From Neocallimastix sp. 'constans' (taxonomy: Eukaryota), in the NCBI GenBank assembly GCA_050613775.1, contig JBODTK010000149.1, positions 186,001 to 250,000 on the forward strand: a DNA stretch of 64,000 nucleotides, in the 5' to 3' direction. The notes beneath the pieces were generated by a model, which was given only the letters and a program-made list of their open reading frames with translations, did not search any database and was not told the origin of the DNA. Positions within the stretch are counted from its first letter, which is position 1. Each line of letters opens with the position of its first letter. A program made the position numbers and the translations under genes. Of this stretch, positions 25,137-40,966 are shown piece by piece.

Positions 25137-25238
25137 AATATAAAAAGAAAAATAATTATTATTAGTGTATTAAAATGAAATTCAATGCGCCATACGTTTA
25201 ATTTCATATATATTATTAATAATTAAAAATGTTTTTTC

Positions 25239-25270
<32 letters not shown>

Positions 25271-25721
25271 TATAATGAAATCATTTTATATTTTACATTT
25301 ATAAATAGATTTCAAAATGATTAAGAAGGTAAATTATAAGCTTATATATAAATGAAAATTTCATTCAATTTTCATATTGTTAAAATATGTGAATACATTT
25401 TTCTTTTGTTCTAAAGGGAAAAAATTATTTTAATATTTTAATATATATAAAATTATATGAACATGAATAAAAACTATTTTCCCTCTTTTTTTTATGATAT
25501 TATTCTTTTATTTAGTACAATCTTTTTTCATTTCCCTTCTTTTTTCGTTTAAAGATTTTTAATTATTTTTTTTTTTTCTCTCTTTTTTTTTTTTTTTTTT
25601 CTTTTTGTGTGTGTGTATATATAAAATTATTTTTATGGATCTTTCAAAATCCTTCATATATAAATGATTGTATTCTTTAATAAATAATAATAAAATGTTG
25701 AAATTTCAGTTTTTAATACAA

Positions 25722-27577
25722 CTATTCCTTAAGAGCTACAGCACGAGAACTTTTTAAATAATTTTGTAAATTAATTCCTTTCTTAGATGTATTTTTTTCA
25801 TTATATGAATCATATGACATTTTTTTAGATAATTTCTTATTTATTGAATCTTCACTAGTTTCACTTAAAGTAGGTGATGGTGGTATTTGTGTGCTTCCTA
25901 CATTACTGGGTATCATTCCTTCTTCATTTTCGGAATATGGAATGGCTTGATCTAGTTCATTCTTTAATTGAGATGTAGAAAGAGATGAAACTTGTGATGG
26001 ATGTGGATTGGATAATGGAGGTGACTAATATATAAAATAATTTTTAAATCAAAGACAAATATATTTTCAATAAATACATAAAAATAAAGAAGAAAAAAAA
26101 ATTAATCATTCCATTATTAAAAATTTAAATAGAATAGAATTATTTTTAATAAATTATTTAAAATATAAAAAAAAAATTGCTTTTTAAAAGATTTCACTAT
26201 AGGATATCTTTACCATAACATTTAAATGAGTATTATTTATTGGACTTTGTCTATCTGGTATACTATCAATTTCATTTTGATAGATAATTAAAATTTCTCT
26301 TATAATACCTATTAAAATAAAATAAATTTTTATATCCATTCAATTAAATAAATAGAAATTAATATCTTTAATATGAAAACCAATTATTCAATATTTTAAT
26401 ATAAAATTTATAAATATTTCGGGACAATTTCAATTTGAAATTTACTTTTCATTTCATTTTCGTTAATAGAAAAAAGTGACCACCAATTCTTGTTGCCATT
26501 ACAATATATTTGTTCCCCTATCATTTTAGCGGAAATATATATAACGGCAGCAACAATAACATTCCATTTATGTCTTAAGCACATGGTTGTGGTAAGACTA
26601 TTTTTTTTTTAAAAAAAAAAAGAAAAAAAAAAAAGAAAGAATATATATTATCATTTAATAAATATTTGAAATTTCTTATGTTCTTAAAATCTTTAAATAA
26701 ACTTATTTCTATTAAATAAAGATAGTTACCAGTCATTTATAACACAATAGATATATTTGTTTAATCTTTCAGATGTCTTTAAGACTTTTGTATAATTTTG
26801 AACATATGTACTTGGAAGTTCTAATTCTAAATCATAACATATTACTTTTAAAATTTCCATTTCATTATGAACAATATTTCTTTCCCAAGTACCGAAAAGT
26901 TTAGGAGTAACTTCAAAATCATTATTTTTCATACTCACTTTAGCACAAGTATTTACTATTTCTTTCATACTACGCATATCCTTAGATTCAAAAAGTTTAC
27001 AAGCTAAGAATATACAAGCAGAAGCAATATCTTGATATCTACTATCCTGTATTGCTTTACGAACATAATATCTATGCAAAAAGATTGATGCAGAGGATAA
27101 TACATGATGACCCAACTTTAATTTTAAACAAACAGTTCTAATAAATTGAATAGCTTTTGCTCTTTGAATTAATTCTTCTTCAAAAGAAATATATTCTCTG
27201 CAAGGCTTTTTCATAGATTGTAATTCTTCAAAAGTATAAAGCCATTTGTTTTTATTATGTATGACTCTTTTTTCTTTTCTTTCCTTAAGTATATCATTCT
27301 TTATATTGTTAACATTACCTAATCCTAGATTATTAGATAATGGAGATTTAACATAACTGTGCCCTATACTTTTTTTAACCGGTGGTACTAAATTCTTTTG
27401 TTTTGAAGAAACGGATGTTGGGAAAGAAGGTGGATATATATTTTTATTTACAGAATTTCTTGGTTTAAATTTTTGTTCATATACATTTGAGGTTTCTGAT
27501 TTGTAAACCGCCGATTTCGACTTTGGTTGGTATGGATAGTATTTTTGAGTATTCTGACATTGTGGTTCACTTTTCAT
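25722..27577 (-). CDS. Transcriptional cyclin (cyclin T/K, Pch1-like), 4 exons
   Basis: KWLYTFEEL...EELIQRAKAIQFIRTVCLKLKL...ASIFLHRYY...IASACIFLACKL...EMEILKVICYDLELELP. Spliced continuation NDC/LTTTMCLRHKWNVIVAAVIYISAK...KNWWSLF. Exons approx 27577-26730, 26597-26445, 26308-26214, 26025-25722. Confidence 0.9.
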
Positions 27578-30500
27578 AATGCTTTTTTGTTTAAAAAGAA
27601 TCGTAATTATTTAAAAGTTTTCTTATTTACTTTAATATGATAATTAATAAATACTGAGTAAATAAATAAACTTTTATTTTAATAAAAATGATATACTTTT
27701 TAAATAAAAAAGATTATTGAAAAATAAAAAAATTGATTAATATCAATATTAATAATTTTAATAATATCTTTCATTAATGATTTATATGTTTTTTTTTAAC
27801 ATATTTATTGACTTAAATATATAGTAATCCTCCTTGTTTTTTATTTATTACTATATTAGAATATTTATATTTATATTTTTATTATATTTCTCATTATAAT
27901 CCTTATTCTTTTTATTTTTTTTTTCTTTTTAACATCTTATTCCACAATAATCCTTATATAATACTTTTTATTTTATTTTTTGTTTTCTTTAAAATTCCTC
28001 TTCCTCTTTTATAATTTTATCCTCTATTTAATATTTCATCTTTAGTATTTTTTAATTTCCATTCTTTTTTTATTTTGACATTATGTATTTTTATAAAGTT
28101 TTATACTTCAGGTATTTTATATATTTTTGAGGTTTTGTATTTATTATTTATTATTATATTATATATCCTTATTTTTAAATATTAAAACTTATATATAAAT
28201 ATTTATATTTACCTTTAACCTTTATATATTTATAGGTTTTTATTTTTAATATTTAATTAATATGAAAATTTTTAGTATTAAATTTACAATAAAATGAAAA
28301 ATAAAAAAATTAAAACAAGTTTAACTTTTTATTTCACTTTCAATTTATAAAAAAAATATCTTAGTGTATATATAAAAATATTATACTTTTTATGTTTTAT
28401 ATTTGTAATATAAGAACGAAATTATAATATTTATTCAATAACTAAGTTTGGTATTAAATCTTGTTTTCTACTCTATATAAATAATAATAGATTTTTCTAT
28501 TTTATAAAAAGATTTTTTTTTTTTTTACTTAATACAGAAATAAATTTATTAAAAATATCCTTGGATATATTATTTTTTTTTTGTTTGTATATGAAATTTT
28601 TAAATATTTATAAAAAAAAGTGTTAATTTTACTTTTTTAAAATTTAATACAAGTTTAAGCTAAAAACTATTTATTTGTATTTATTTTAATAAGAAAAAAA
28701 AATAAATCTTTTTTATGGTCTTACTAAATTATTGAAACATTAAAATTTATTTATAATAAAATATGTAGATTTAAAATATTATTTTTGTGAAAAAAAAAAA
28801 AAAAATTATTGAGATATAAATGCTTTATTTGAATGAAGAATAATAATAAAAAATATGTTTAAGTATTTCTTTTTTTCTATAAAAAAAAAAAGCTTTATTA
28901 TTATACTATTTTTATATTTATTAAAAAATATTATTTTATTTAATAATAAATAAATTTAAGTATATTTTTATTATTTTGTTATGAAAATAACTATATAAAA
29001 AAATATGTTTATGTTTTTTTTTTTTTGTTTATATGTTCATAAAGTATATTTTTTTTTTCTTTTTTATTTTTTTTTTTTTTTTTAATTTTTTTATTTTTTT
29101 TATTGATTAAATATATATAGAATCAAAAGAACAGATTTAAATAGATTATAAATATGATAATATTTAAAAAAAGAAAAAAAATATATATTTATTTTAATAT
29201 TTATTGATTGTTAATGTGATTTTTGGACTTTGATTTATAAATTTTAATATCATAAAATTTATGTTAATCTTTTTATATAGTTCATACGATATTAAGGAAA
29301 TGTGTTTGAAAAAAAATAAAAATAAAAATAAAATAAAAATAAAAAGGTGAAATTCTCAAATAAAAAAGAATATACAAAATATTATATAAATTTTTAATAT
29401 TAAATTCAATTATATATTATTTATTACAATTTATTATAATTAATTTACGTATAATATTATATAATTTACATTATATTTCATTACAGTATATATAAATAGG
29501 ATTTATAATTTATTTATATTTTTTAATAATTTTAATAATTAATATAAAGCATATTAAAAAATAAATAAATAAAAAAAAAAAACATATAATAAGTAGAAAT
29601 AAAATTTAGTAATTTTTTTTTTATTGTATATAATTTAATACTATATTCTTATTAATCATTTAATTTTATATATTATGTAAAATATAATTATATTTTTATT
29701 AATAAAATTTAGAATAATTTAATATTTATTTATTTAATTACATATTTATCTACTTATTTATTTTACTATTTGATTATTTATTTATAATATTTATTATTCA
29801 AAAAAATTTATTAATCTAATAATAATATAAATAAAAAAAAGATTATTTATTTTTTAATATTAGATATTTGATTTTATTATAGATTAAGATTTAAAGTTAC
29901 TTATGATTGTATATTATATGATTAACATTTAATCAAATATTTGATAATAATAGTATTATATTATGTATTTATATTATTCATTATTTAATACTATTTATTT
30001 ATTGAATATATATATAACTAAATCTATATAAATTTAACAAATTTCTATTTTTTTCTTTCTATTAATTGGATTTTAGACTCATTAGGATTAGAACTTGTAG
30101 GAGCTAATTAAGGAATAATTAAATAATTATTATTTTAATAATTACTATTAATTCAAATTTTAATAGCAATATTAATAAATTAATAAATAACAAATAAGCA
30201 ATAAAGAATTATAATAACTAATATTATTTTAATATTATTATTTATTATTATTTTAATTATTAATTATTAATTATTAATTATTAATTATTAATTATTAATT
30301 ATTAATTATTATTTATTATTTATTATTTATAGTAAATAATTTAAAGCTCATTAATAGATTAAATATAATGTAATGAATTGATTGATATTTGTCGTATATT
30401 AATATATATTATGTTATACTATGTAATATATAATAAATATTAATAATTTCATGTTATTTATTAGGATAATAATACGTAACTAGTTACTAATATAGGATAA

Positions 30501-31727
30501 TATGTTTTAAATTTTAAACTAAAATATAATATCTTATAATATATTATAATGTATATAATTATATTTTATTATATATTAATAATAGTAATAACAATATCTA
30601 GAAAAAAAAAACCACAAATAAAAAAAATGAAAAATTATTATTTTAAACTATTTTATTATTTATCATCAATATATTTGTATCAATATAATACAATATATTA
30701 TAGAATTAACTAAAAATATAACAAAATAAGATTCTTTGATATATTAATGGCCTATACTATAAATAAGAAACAATATATTATTTGATATATAAAAATAATT
30801 TGTAATATATTCAATATATTATTTTGTATTAAATCAATATATTGGAATATATTTCTTAAGAAATAAAAGTTTATTAGATTTTTATTCTTATTATTTAATT
30901 TTAAATGATCAATTTTTTTTTTAAAAAAATAGATATAAAGCTCTAATTATTAAAAGTCATTTCTATTTTAATATATAAATTGTATATACCGATATATTAT
31001 TATATATATTAAATTAATATATTATAATATTGTAATATATTAATTGTAACTTAATCCTTAAGTTTGGTATTTTTCATCATTTTGTCATAACCAAAAAAAG
31101 ATTTTATTTTTTGAATTTAATAAAATATATAATAAATTGAATAATAAATTATATTTATAGTATTATTTTAATATTGAATATATTATATATTTTATTTATA
31201 AATCAATATACTATATATTGATGCAATATAATAATTATATTGTTTGAATAATTTCAATAGTATTAGAATGGATTAAATAAATAGAATTTAAAATATATAG
31301 ATATAATATAATAATATGTTGAATAAATAGAAACAAATATAATCCCAGCTTTGAAACTAAAAATAAAATATAAAGAATGGATGATAAGAAAATATTAATA
31401 GAAAAGAAAAACTTTTTCATTGAAATCTATGAAGATTCTATTGATCCTTTAAAAACGTTATGTATTATTTGTTAATACAATATATGTATTATATTTCATT
31501 ACATATTTGTATTAACAAATTATACTAAAGGTCTCTCTATAAAAATTTAGATTATAATGTACGATACAATTCTTTAATTAAATAAATTTCTATATTGTGT
31601 AATGTACGATACTTCATAAATGATCAATAATGTACGATATGATATACTGTATGTTCTTAAATGATGTAATAGTATCAACCATATGGTATAAAAAAATTTA
31701 TAAAAGAGCTTTATATTTTTATTTTCC

Positions 31728-31990
31728 TTTTCAATATGTTATACAACAATAATAATTTTCAATATGATATATAATAATTATTTTCAATATGATATGTAAT
31801 AATAATAATTATTTTCAATATGATATATAATAATTATTTTCAATATGATATATAATAAGAATTTTCAATATGATATATATAATAATAATTATTTTCAATA
31901 TGATATATTTAACTATTTTCAATATGATATATATAATAATAAGAATTTTCAATATGATATATAATAATAATTATTTTCAATATGATATGA
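31728..31990. repeat. Minisatellite, ~10 copies of TTTTCAATATGATAT(A)-(AAT)n, 24-31 bp period
   Basis: Conserved core TTTTCAATATG with variable-length AAT tail. Confidence 0.9.
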
Positions 31991-33087
31991 TAAAAATTAA
32001 ATTTCTCTATATGAACGTATTTATATCACTTTTATTTATTCCAAATTTCTTTTTTAATTTATTATTCATTAAAATTAATATTTAAATATATTAATGTATA
32101 TATTAATATCATAATAATTATTATAACTGTTATTAATATTAAATGATTTTTATGTATATAACATTTATAATCATTAATAATAATATTATTATTAATATAG
32201 AAGATTGGTAATAATAATTAATATTTTTTTTTATTTTTTATTATTATTATTATTATTATTTTTTAATATATCAATATATTAATGTTTTTAATTAATTATT
32301 CTATTTAATTTTTATTGTATCATATTTCGTTTGTAAACACGACTAAAATAATACCAATAATTAAACAACAGGAGCTGAAAATGACCAATCTAATGTTAAA
32401 CTAATTACTTACTATTATTCTTTTTCTCATATTAAGTGGATGAATAAGTTTTAAAAATTTAAAGTCACCCTGAAAATAAAATATTAAAAATGAAGGTTAA
32501 GGTTAAATGTATAATAAAATAAATAAAAAAAAATAAAATAGAATAAAATAAAATAAAATAAAATAAACTATACTTTACTAAACTAAACTAAATTAAAATA
32601 AAATAAAAAAGAAAAAAAAAATTATAAATTATTTTTCTGTATAATTATTATTTAATAATAAACTAAATATAATTCCATTTGATTTATTAATGTTTAAATT
32701 AGATTATTAATTAAATTTTAAATAAGCATTTTTATAGATAGTTATTTAAAAAATTTTTTTTTATCTTTATTCTATATAGGGGTCAATTACTACACTACAA
32801 TTGCTTACTACTACTACTACTACTACTAAAAACAGTTATAATAAATAATAATAATTATAATAATAATAAATAATTATAACAACAATAATAATAATAATAA
32901 TAATCAAAATTATAATTAATAATAATTATAATAATAATTATAATAATAATTATAATAATTATAATTAATAATAATTATAATAATAATAATTATAATAATT
33001 ATAATTAATAATTAATTATTATTAGTATTTTTATAATTATTAGTATTATAATTATAATAATAATAGTAATAATAATTATAACATAAA

Positions 33088-33118
<31 letters not shown>

Positions 33119-34637
33119 TTTAAAATAATTTTTTTTTTTTTTTTTTTTTACCCTTAAATACTACTATTAAAAAATACACATATTAAAATTTAAATTTCTT
33201 TATTAAATACTTTAATTATATAATTTATATTATATATTAATCCATTTTATTGTTTAGCACTAAAGTTTATATTATTAATTACTTAAATAGGAAAATGAAA
33301 ATATATATACTGACTCTATATATTAATTATTAAATAGTGTACATTGAAACGTTAAATTATTCAATTTTTCAATTATATTGTAAAGTATTTAATAACAATG
33401 TCTACCAATAATGTATTTTTAATAATTTATTACTGTTTTATTTATTATGTAATGGTAGTAAATATATTTTTCCATGATGCATGTATTTTGAATGTAAATA
33501 TTATTTAATACAATATATCCATTTTAAAGTTGGATGAATACTATAAATAGAAATTATTATGGTCAGGGTAACGATCAAATACTAATTTACATAAACATTA
33601 ATAAAGAGTAATTGTGATGATAGAGTTGAAAAATTCAACAATCAAGTAATTATTAAAACATTAATATATAATGGTAAATGGTAGAGAATTACAATGATAA
33701 GGTAAGGTAGAAAATTGTTATGGTAAAGTAATTAATTAAACATTAGTAGAGAATGATTATAAGTAATTTATTTAGTTCGTTCCTTGTGTGATTAATGATG
33801 ATATAGTTATGATATAGTTTTTAAACATGAATAAAAAAAATTTGATAATTATAAAATTTGACTTTTTTAAAATATTAAAAAATATTAATAAAATATTGAA
33901 AACAATTATTATAATTTATTCTTATATATTAATATTTATTAATATTTATTATTTATTATTATTTATTATTTATTATTATTTATTATTTATTTTGTTTATT
34001 ATATATTTATTATCATGTATTATTTATTATTATTTATTATTATTTATTATTATTTGTTGATATTACATGTTATATATTATTATTTTATATTATTATTATA
34101 TATTATTTATTAATTTATGTTATTTTAAATATTTATTATTTGTTAATTAATTATATTGTAATAATATTTTGATATTAATTAATTAATTGCATTATATTAA
34201 TAAATATATTTTTTTAATATTATTAATAACTTTATAATAAAAAAATTATATATTATTCTTGATATTAAAGTTTGTCATTTATATCATGGGTAAAAAATTT
34301 TTTTTTTTACTCAATAAACAATGCATTGTTAACTTTTCTATGAATAAAATAGCAAAAAAGGACTAATTAATTATTGTTATTATGCTATATATATTATATG
34401 TGTATACATTTATGTGATTTATATATTTGTTTACCAACCAATTATTAATATGGAATTTTAATAGTCAATGATAATAATAAAATAAAAAATAGAATTAACT
34501 TATTTAATAAAATTGATATTATTTATTTATATAAGCGTATAAACAAATTAGAGTATTTAAACGTAAAAAGATGATTATTAAGTTTTTTAATAATTAATTA
34601 ATAATCATCATAAACTTATTCTATAATTATTATTATC

Positions 34638-34672
<35 letters not shown>

Positions 34673-35785
34673 TTATTATATATATTATTATTATCACTAT
34701 TAATTATTATTACTATTTAATTATTTCTAATAATATTAATATTATTAAAAAATTATTTGTTATTATAATTAGTATTACTACAAAAAAAAAATACATAAAA
34801 CATAAATACTATGTATACTACATAAAATATATCATTATTATTTATTATTGAGACTCAATTCGTATTCTTCTTTAACCTATTTTCTTAATAGATAGATTTT
34901 TCTAATAAAAAGGCCGAAATACTTTTATGAATAATACATTAAAAAATTCAGTACTCAGCAATTTAACCTTGGAATAAATGTATATCTGAGCCTCAAACAG
35001 TATTTTTATTTAATATTTTTCTTAACATAAATTTTTTTATCCATATAAATTATATAAATGATATAGTAAATATTAAAACTTTTTTTATTCTATAAAAAAA
35101 AATTAAAAATTATAGTATAAACTTTTTTTTATTCTATAAAAAAAAATTAAAAATTATAATATAAACTTTTTTTAACAAATTACTATTTAAATATGATTAT
35201 AAATAAAATTTTAACTGTTATTTAAGATTTTTGATTATTATTATTATTTTTTTTGTTAATAATAAGGTTATATTAAATATATAACATATATTTATTAATT
35301 AATAAATTTATATAATTTGCGGTATTCTAATCATTTGATTGTTTCAATTACATTAATAAATACGTACTAATAAAAGCCCTAAATAGTAGAAAGATGTCAA
35401 GAATAGTTTATTGTTTTATCACCATGTGAATGCAGGGAAATATATATATATAAATACATAATACTAATAAGCAAGTGATTTACATTTCATAATTGGTTTA
35501 AAATTTCCTTAAATTCTTTAATAATTAATTTATAATATATTCATAATATTAATCATATTTACATACTTTATTAGTATAAAAAACAGGCTAATGATTTTAT
35601 CATAGTTTTAATGTTACAATAAAATAATATTTAAATCATTTTTATTTATTATTATTATTATTTCCTTTTCATACACATTTAGTTTTATTTATTATTTTAA
35701 ATGTATTTTTACTATGTCCTTTCTTTTTTATATAGTAATATATTTAAATTTATGGAATGTAATTATATTCTAACATTATTATAAC

Positions 35786-35816
<31 letters not shown>

Positions 35817-36049
35817 AGGGGAGATTTACATATAAAACACATTATAAATTACCACAAGTTAAAATTTTTAATATCAAGTTGAGTCTAATGAATGTTTTAT
35901 TAAAGTTATATTATTTCTATAAGAAAATAATAATTGTTTCATTTCTTAATTAGTATCATTTTCTTTAAAAAAAAAAAAAAAAAAAAAGCTTATACATTTC
36001 ACATATGTATAAAATAATATTATTATCTTGTGCATATACCATTAGTAAT

Positions 36050-36850
36050 TTAGTATTATGATTTATAATATTAATCACAAAGAACGAATATTATATTTTC
36101 TATATTTCCTGGTTCTTGTTTTAAAATAATAATAATTTAGTATAGTTTATTAATAATTTAACAATACCAGTATTATTGAAACTAAATTAAGAAAAATAAC
36201 TAATAATTCAATTTTATTCAATTTTACTTGTTGATAATGTCTTGTCATTATTATAAAAATTTAAACGTTAATATACTTTAATAAAAATAGAAAGTTTTAA
36301 TCAAGTTTAACAACATTACATAAATTTTCAATTTTTTTTTTTTTTTTTTTTTTTTTAATTTTCATCTATTGATTCTACTAGTGTTCCTTGTTCTGTTAAT
36401 AATTCGGTAATATCAAATATTTTATTAGTAATTGATAAATGTAAAGTATCTGTATTACCTACATTTTGATTTTCTTGATGTTCGATAATAATAACCTTAA
36501 TACTATCGAAATCACAGTTGTTATCTATTAAAAGATATAAAATATCTCTTAGATGGTGGAATTATTCTGGCTTTATTGATTTATATATAAATATTTCTTT
36601 TACTTTATCAATTTTTAATTGTATTCATTAGTTACAATATGCTTTTTTTTTTGATTTAAATTTTCTTAATGTAATCTACCAATAGTACAATAATTATCTA
36701 TATCATTTATGCTGAATACTATTAATTAAACAGGTAATTTAACCTCATTATGATAATATCATTAAAATTATGTAATTATTACATATGTACATATTAAATA
36801 ATATATACAACAAATAATTAAATTTTTTATATTATTTCCACCAATTTCAA
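36050..36850 (-). pseudogene. Ankyrin-repeat protein pseudogene fragment
   Basis: Minus-strand frame around 36546-36356 reads DILYLLIDNNCDFDSIKVIIIEHQENQNVGNTDTLHLSITNKIFDITELLTEQGTLVESIDEN* (ankyrin-like LH..I....DI.ELL...G); flanks have stops and frameshifts. Confidence 0.5.
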
Positions 36851-37105
36851 AATAGATTTATTATTATAAAATAAAATAAAATAAAATAAAATAAAATAAA
36901 TAAATAAAAAAAAAAAATAAAAAAATTATACATAATACCTTATTATAAACTTTATGTATATCATAAATGATTTACTTTTTTTCCTAAATTAATTGACATT
37001 TTATCATTATAAATAACTAGAATGTTTATCTAACGTTTGACTTTTTAAAATTATATATTGAAACTATTAATGTTAATATAAAATATCATTTTTTGAAATT
37101 ATTAT

Positions 37106-37139
<34 letters not shown>

Positions 37140-37944
37140 AATATATAAATACTTAAAATTACTACTAAACAAAAAATTTAACATATATAAAAAAAAATTA
37201 ATGTAAAAAATTATCATTGCGTTCTTATTTAGCCAAGTCCATAAGCATCTTTTTTAAAATATATAATTTTCCTTATAACGACTAAGTTTATACCTTAATT
37301 GTCCAAAATAATATATCAAATATAGAGAAAACCAGTTCTCTAGTTTAATAGAGGCATATATTTAAATTTCATTGAAAAGAAAATATTAAATAAAAATAAA
37401 TAATTTATCCTTTTAATATAATATCAAGTATTTTGTGTGGAAATAAAAAAAAAAGTAGGAAAAAAGTCCTTTAATAACATATGGAAATAGTGACAGAATA
37501 TACTAAATATACCATGATTGAAAACCAGGTGGAATATTTAGTAAACATGTCAAGTAGTCGAATGTTCTCTATCTCAATCCTGACCTATTGGTTAAATTTA
37601 TTAAATAATATATATTAATTTATTAAATAATATTTATTAATTTATTTTTTAATATATTAATTTTAATGATTTTTATTTAATGCGTTGTCACAAAGTTTAA
37701 AAAGTTTAATTTAAATTAATATATAAAATGGAAAAATTAATAATTCAAAATATATAAAAAATATAGTGAATATTAATTTAATTTATAACATAATAATTTT
37801 TTTTTTTGTTTATATTGAATGGATTTGATTTATTATAAATATAATTAATATTATATTATATCTTCATATTATATATTTTATATATTTTAATAGTTAATTA
37901 TTATTTAATATTTTTATTAATTTTATCATTTACAAATTTAATGA

Positions 37945-38450
37945 AATAATAAATAAATAATAAATAATAAATAATAAATAATAAATAATAAATAATAAAT
38001 AATAAATAATAAATAATAAATAATAAATAATAAATAATAAATAATAAATAATAAATAATAAATAATAAATAATAAATAATAATAAATAATAAATAATAAA
38101 TAATAAAAATAATAAATAATAAAAATAAATAATAAATAATAAATAATAAAAATAAATAATAAATAATAAATAATAAATAATAAATAATAATAAAAATAAT
38201 AAATAATAAATAATAATAAATAATAAATAATAATAAATAATAATAATAAAAATAAATAATAAATAATAAATAATAAATAATAAATAATTTATAATAAATA
38301 ATAAATAATTTATAATAAATAATAAATAATAAATAATAAATAATAAATAATAAATAATAAATAATAAATAATAAATAATAAATAATAAATAAGAATAAGA
38401 ATAATAAATAATAAATAATAAATAATAAATAATAAATAATAAATAATAAC
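37945..38450. repeat. (AATAAAT)n 7-mer satellite
   Basis: About 500 bp tandem array. Confidence 0.95.
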
Positions 38451-38782
38451 TAAATATTTAAATATAAAAAATATATATATAAATATGTAAATATTAGTAT
38501 TTAAGTATGTAAATATAAAAAAATATAAATATAAATATAAAAATGTATAAATATATAAATATATAAATATATTAATAGATATAAAACTCATTAAACAATA
38601 ATTAGAATTTTAAGAATTTTCGAAACATAAAATATAGAAATATGAATATATAATTAATATAAATATTCTAGAAAGGCTTTTTTTTTTTTATTTAATATTT
38701 ATAATTTTTAATATTAAAAAAAAATAAAAACTCTTTTATGCATTTATATTTATACTTTTAATAATTTAAAAAGAAACAAAAT

Positions 38783-38826
<44 letters not shown>

Positions 38827-38997
38827 TATGTTTTTAAAAAAAAATATTTCATTAATTTTTTTTTTTTTTTACTATATATATATTTTTTACTATTTTTATA
38901 TTTAAAAAAATTTTTTTTTCTTTTTCATTTATATATAAATATAATATATATTTTTTATATAAATTTATATATATAATACATATAATACATATATTAT

Positions 38998-40910
38998 GGA
39001 TGTGAAGCATTTCGACATAATTTATGTATAATCAGCATAAATATTTGTACAATGAATATAAATTATGTAATACGCCACAACTTCAACGTATATTTTTATT
39101 TATTGTATTTTAGCATTAAAAAAATAAAATAAAAACTAAAAAAAATAATAAATAAAAGAATAAATAAGTTTTCTGTTAAGATTTCGTTTTATTTTTATTT
39201 ATTTTCAATTATTTAATTTTCATTTTATTATTATATTTTATTATTAAATATTTAATATTTTATTATTAAATTAATTAAATAATAAAATAAAATTTATTTT
39301 AATTTTAATTTTTTATTATTAATAAAATTTAAATATTGATATTGATATTAATATAATTTAAACTATATATATTCTAGTTAATTATTTTTATTTATAAATT
39401 TAGAGCTTGTTTAATTCTAATAAACATTTATACCATAAATCAATGATATCATTTTTATCACATTTTTTATCAATTAATTCCGATTCCTTTTTTTTTTGTA
39501 TTTTTTAATTAAATCATTGATTTCATCAGTTTTTGTTAATATTCTTTTTTTTTTTTTTTTTTTTTTTTTCCAAACTCCTTCGATTTTCCTTTTGCAATTA
39601 TTATAAGATAAAGATTCTTCTCTTTTTAAATGATAAATCAATTCATAGAAAGAAGGTTTTTTGTAAAACAATTTTTTTTAAGTAATTGTTAAAAAATTAT
39701 GAAGCATTATTTGTTATGTGGTTTATATTGTTATAATAATTCCAATATTGAATATCATATTTATATAAATAAGTCTTATTAAAATATTCCAAAAAATTTA
39801 AAAAATGGAAATAATTATATATTTGACATATAATTTTAATATAATTATAAATATCAAATATATATTCAGGATTTATAAAAGGAAAATTTGTAATAGCTTT
39901 ATAAAACAAATAAATTTTATGATTACTTTCAACTTCATTATAACATAATTTATTTTTTTGAACTTCTAACGATCTTTTATAATGCCATACACAATATTTA
40001 ATAGTAATATTAGGAAATATTTTAATGTCAGCATTGGATATACCTTTTTTAAAATCACAATGCAAAATTTTTGGTGTAACTATAATATTATTATAATATT
40101 TACTTGCATTCTTTTTTAATTCTTCAAATGACAGTTCATAGGTTGCTTGTTCTTTATTATTTAATATAGATAGTAATGTAGTGTAAAAACTTTTTATTTC
40201 TGGAGCATATATTCTTGTTATAAATACTTGATAACCAAATATTGGTGCAATATAAAATGTACCATCAGGAAACATATTTTCGTTGTATTTAATAAACAAT
40301 TCTGTTTGGAATGGTGATTGAAAAATTATAATATCAAAATTTTTGAATATCATAAAATTTTCACCTCTTTCGTTTATATAATATTCAGATTCATCTGGAA
40401 TTTCATTAAATTTTGATATATCAGGAGGTAGTTGTTTTTTTTTATATATCTTGATATTTGAGATTTAATTGAATTATATTCAGGGCATATCAATCCAATT
40501 TCTTCAGATATTTCATTATATATATGTTTTGGATTTATATCAAATGGGATTGAGGTTTTTCTAATTTCCTTTTTTCATTTTATGTTCTACTATTGATACA
40601 GATGCATCATATTCTTTTCCTGGATGAGTATGTTTGTTTTCATATTTTATTACTTTATTATTATCATTTAGAATAATGTATGATTTAACATTTTTTAACG
40701 GTTTTATATTCAGTACATTTGAATACTTTTGTACTATTCGTTATATACCATAAATTAAATTTATATTTTTTGTTTACAATGATTTGGTTTTTTTCTTTAT
40801 TAGTTTCACTTATTTCTAATTGATCATCCATTTATTATAAATATTTTAATTTAAAAGTTTTATTTTTTAATTTTTTTTTTTAATCTATTTTTTTTATCTT
40901 ATATTTTTAT

Positions 40911-40966
<56 letters not shown>

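Noticed and set aside
31728..31990. CRISPR-like array
   Set aside because: Inter-repeat segments are variants of the same AAT-rich sequence; it is a minisatellite.
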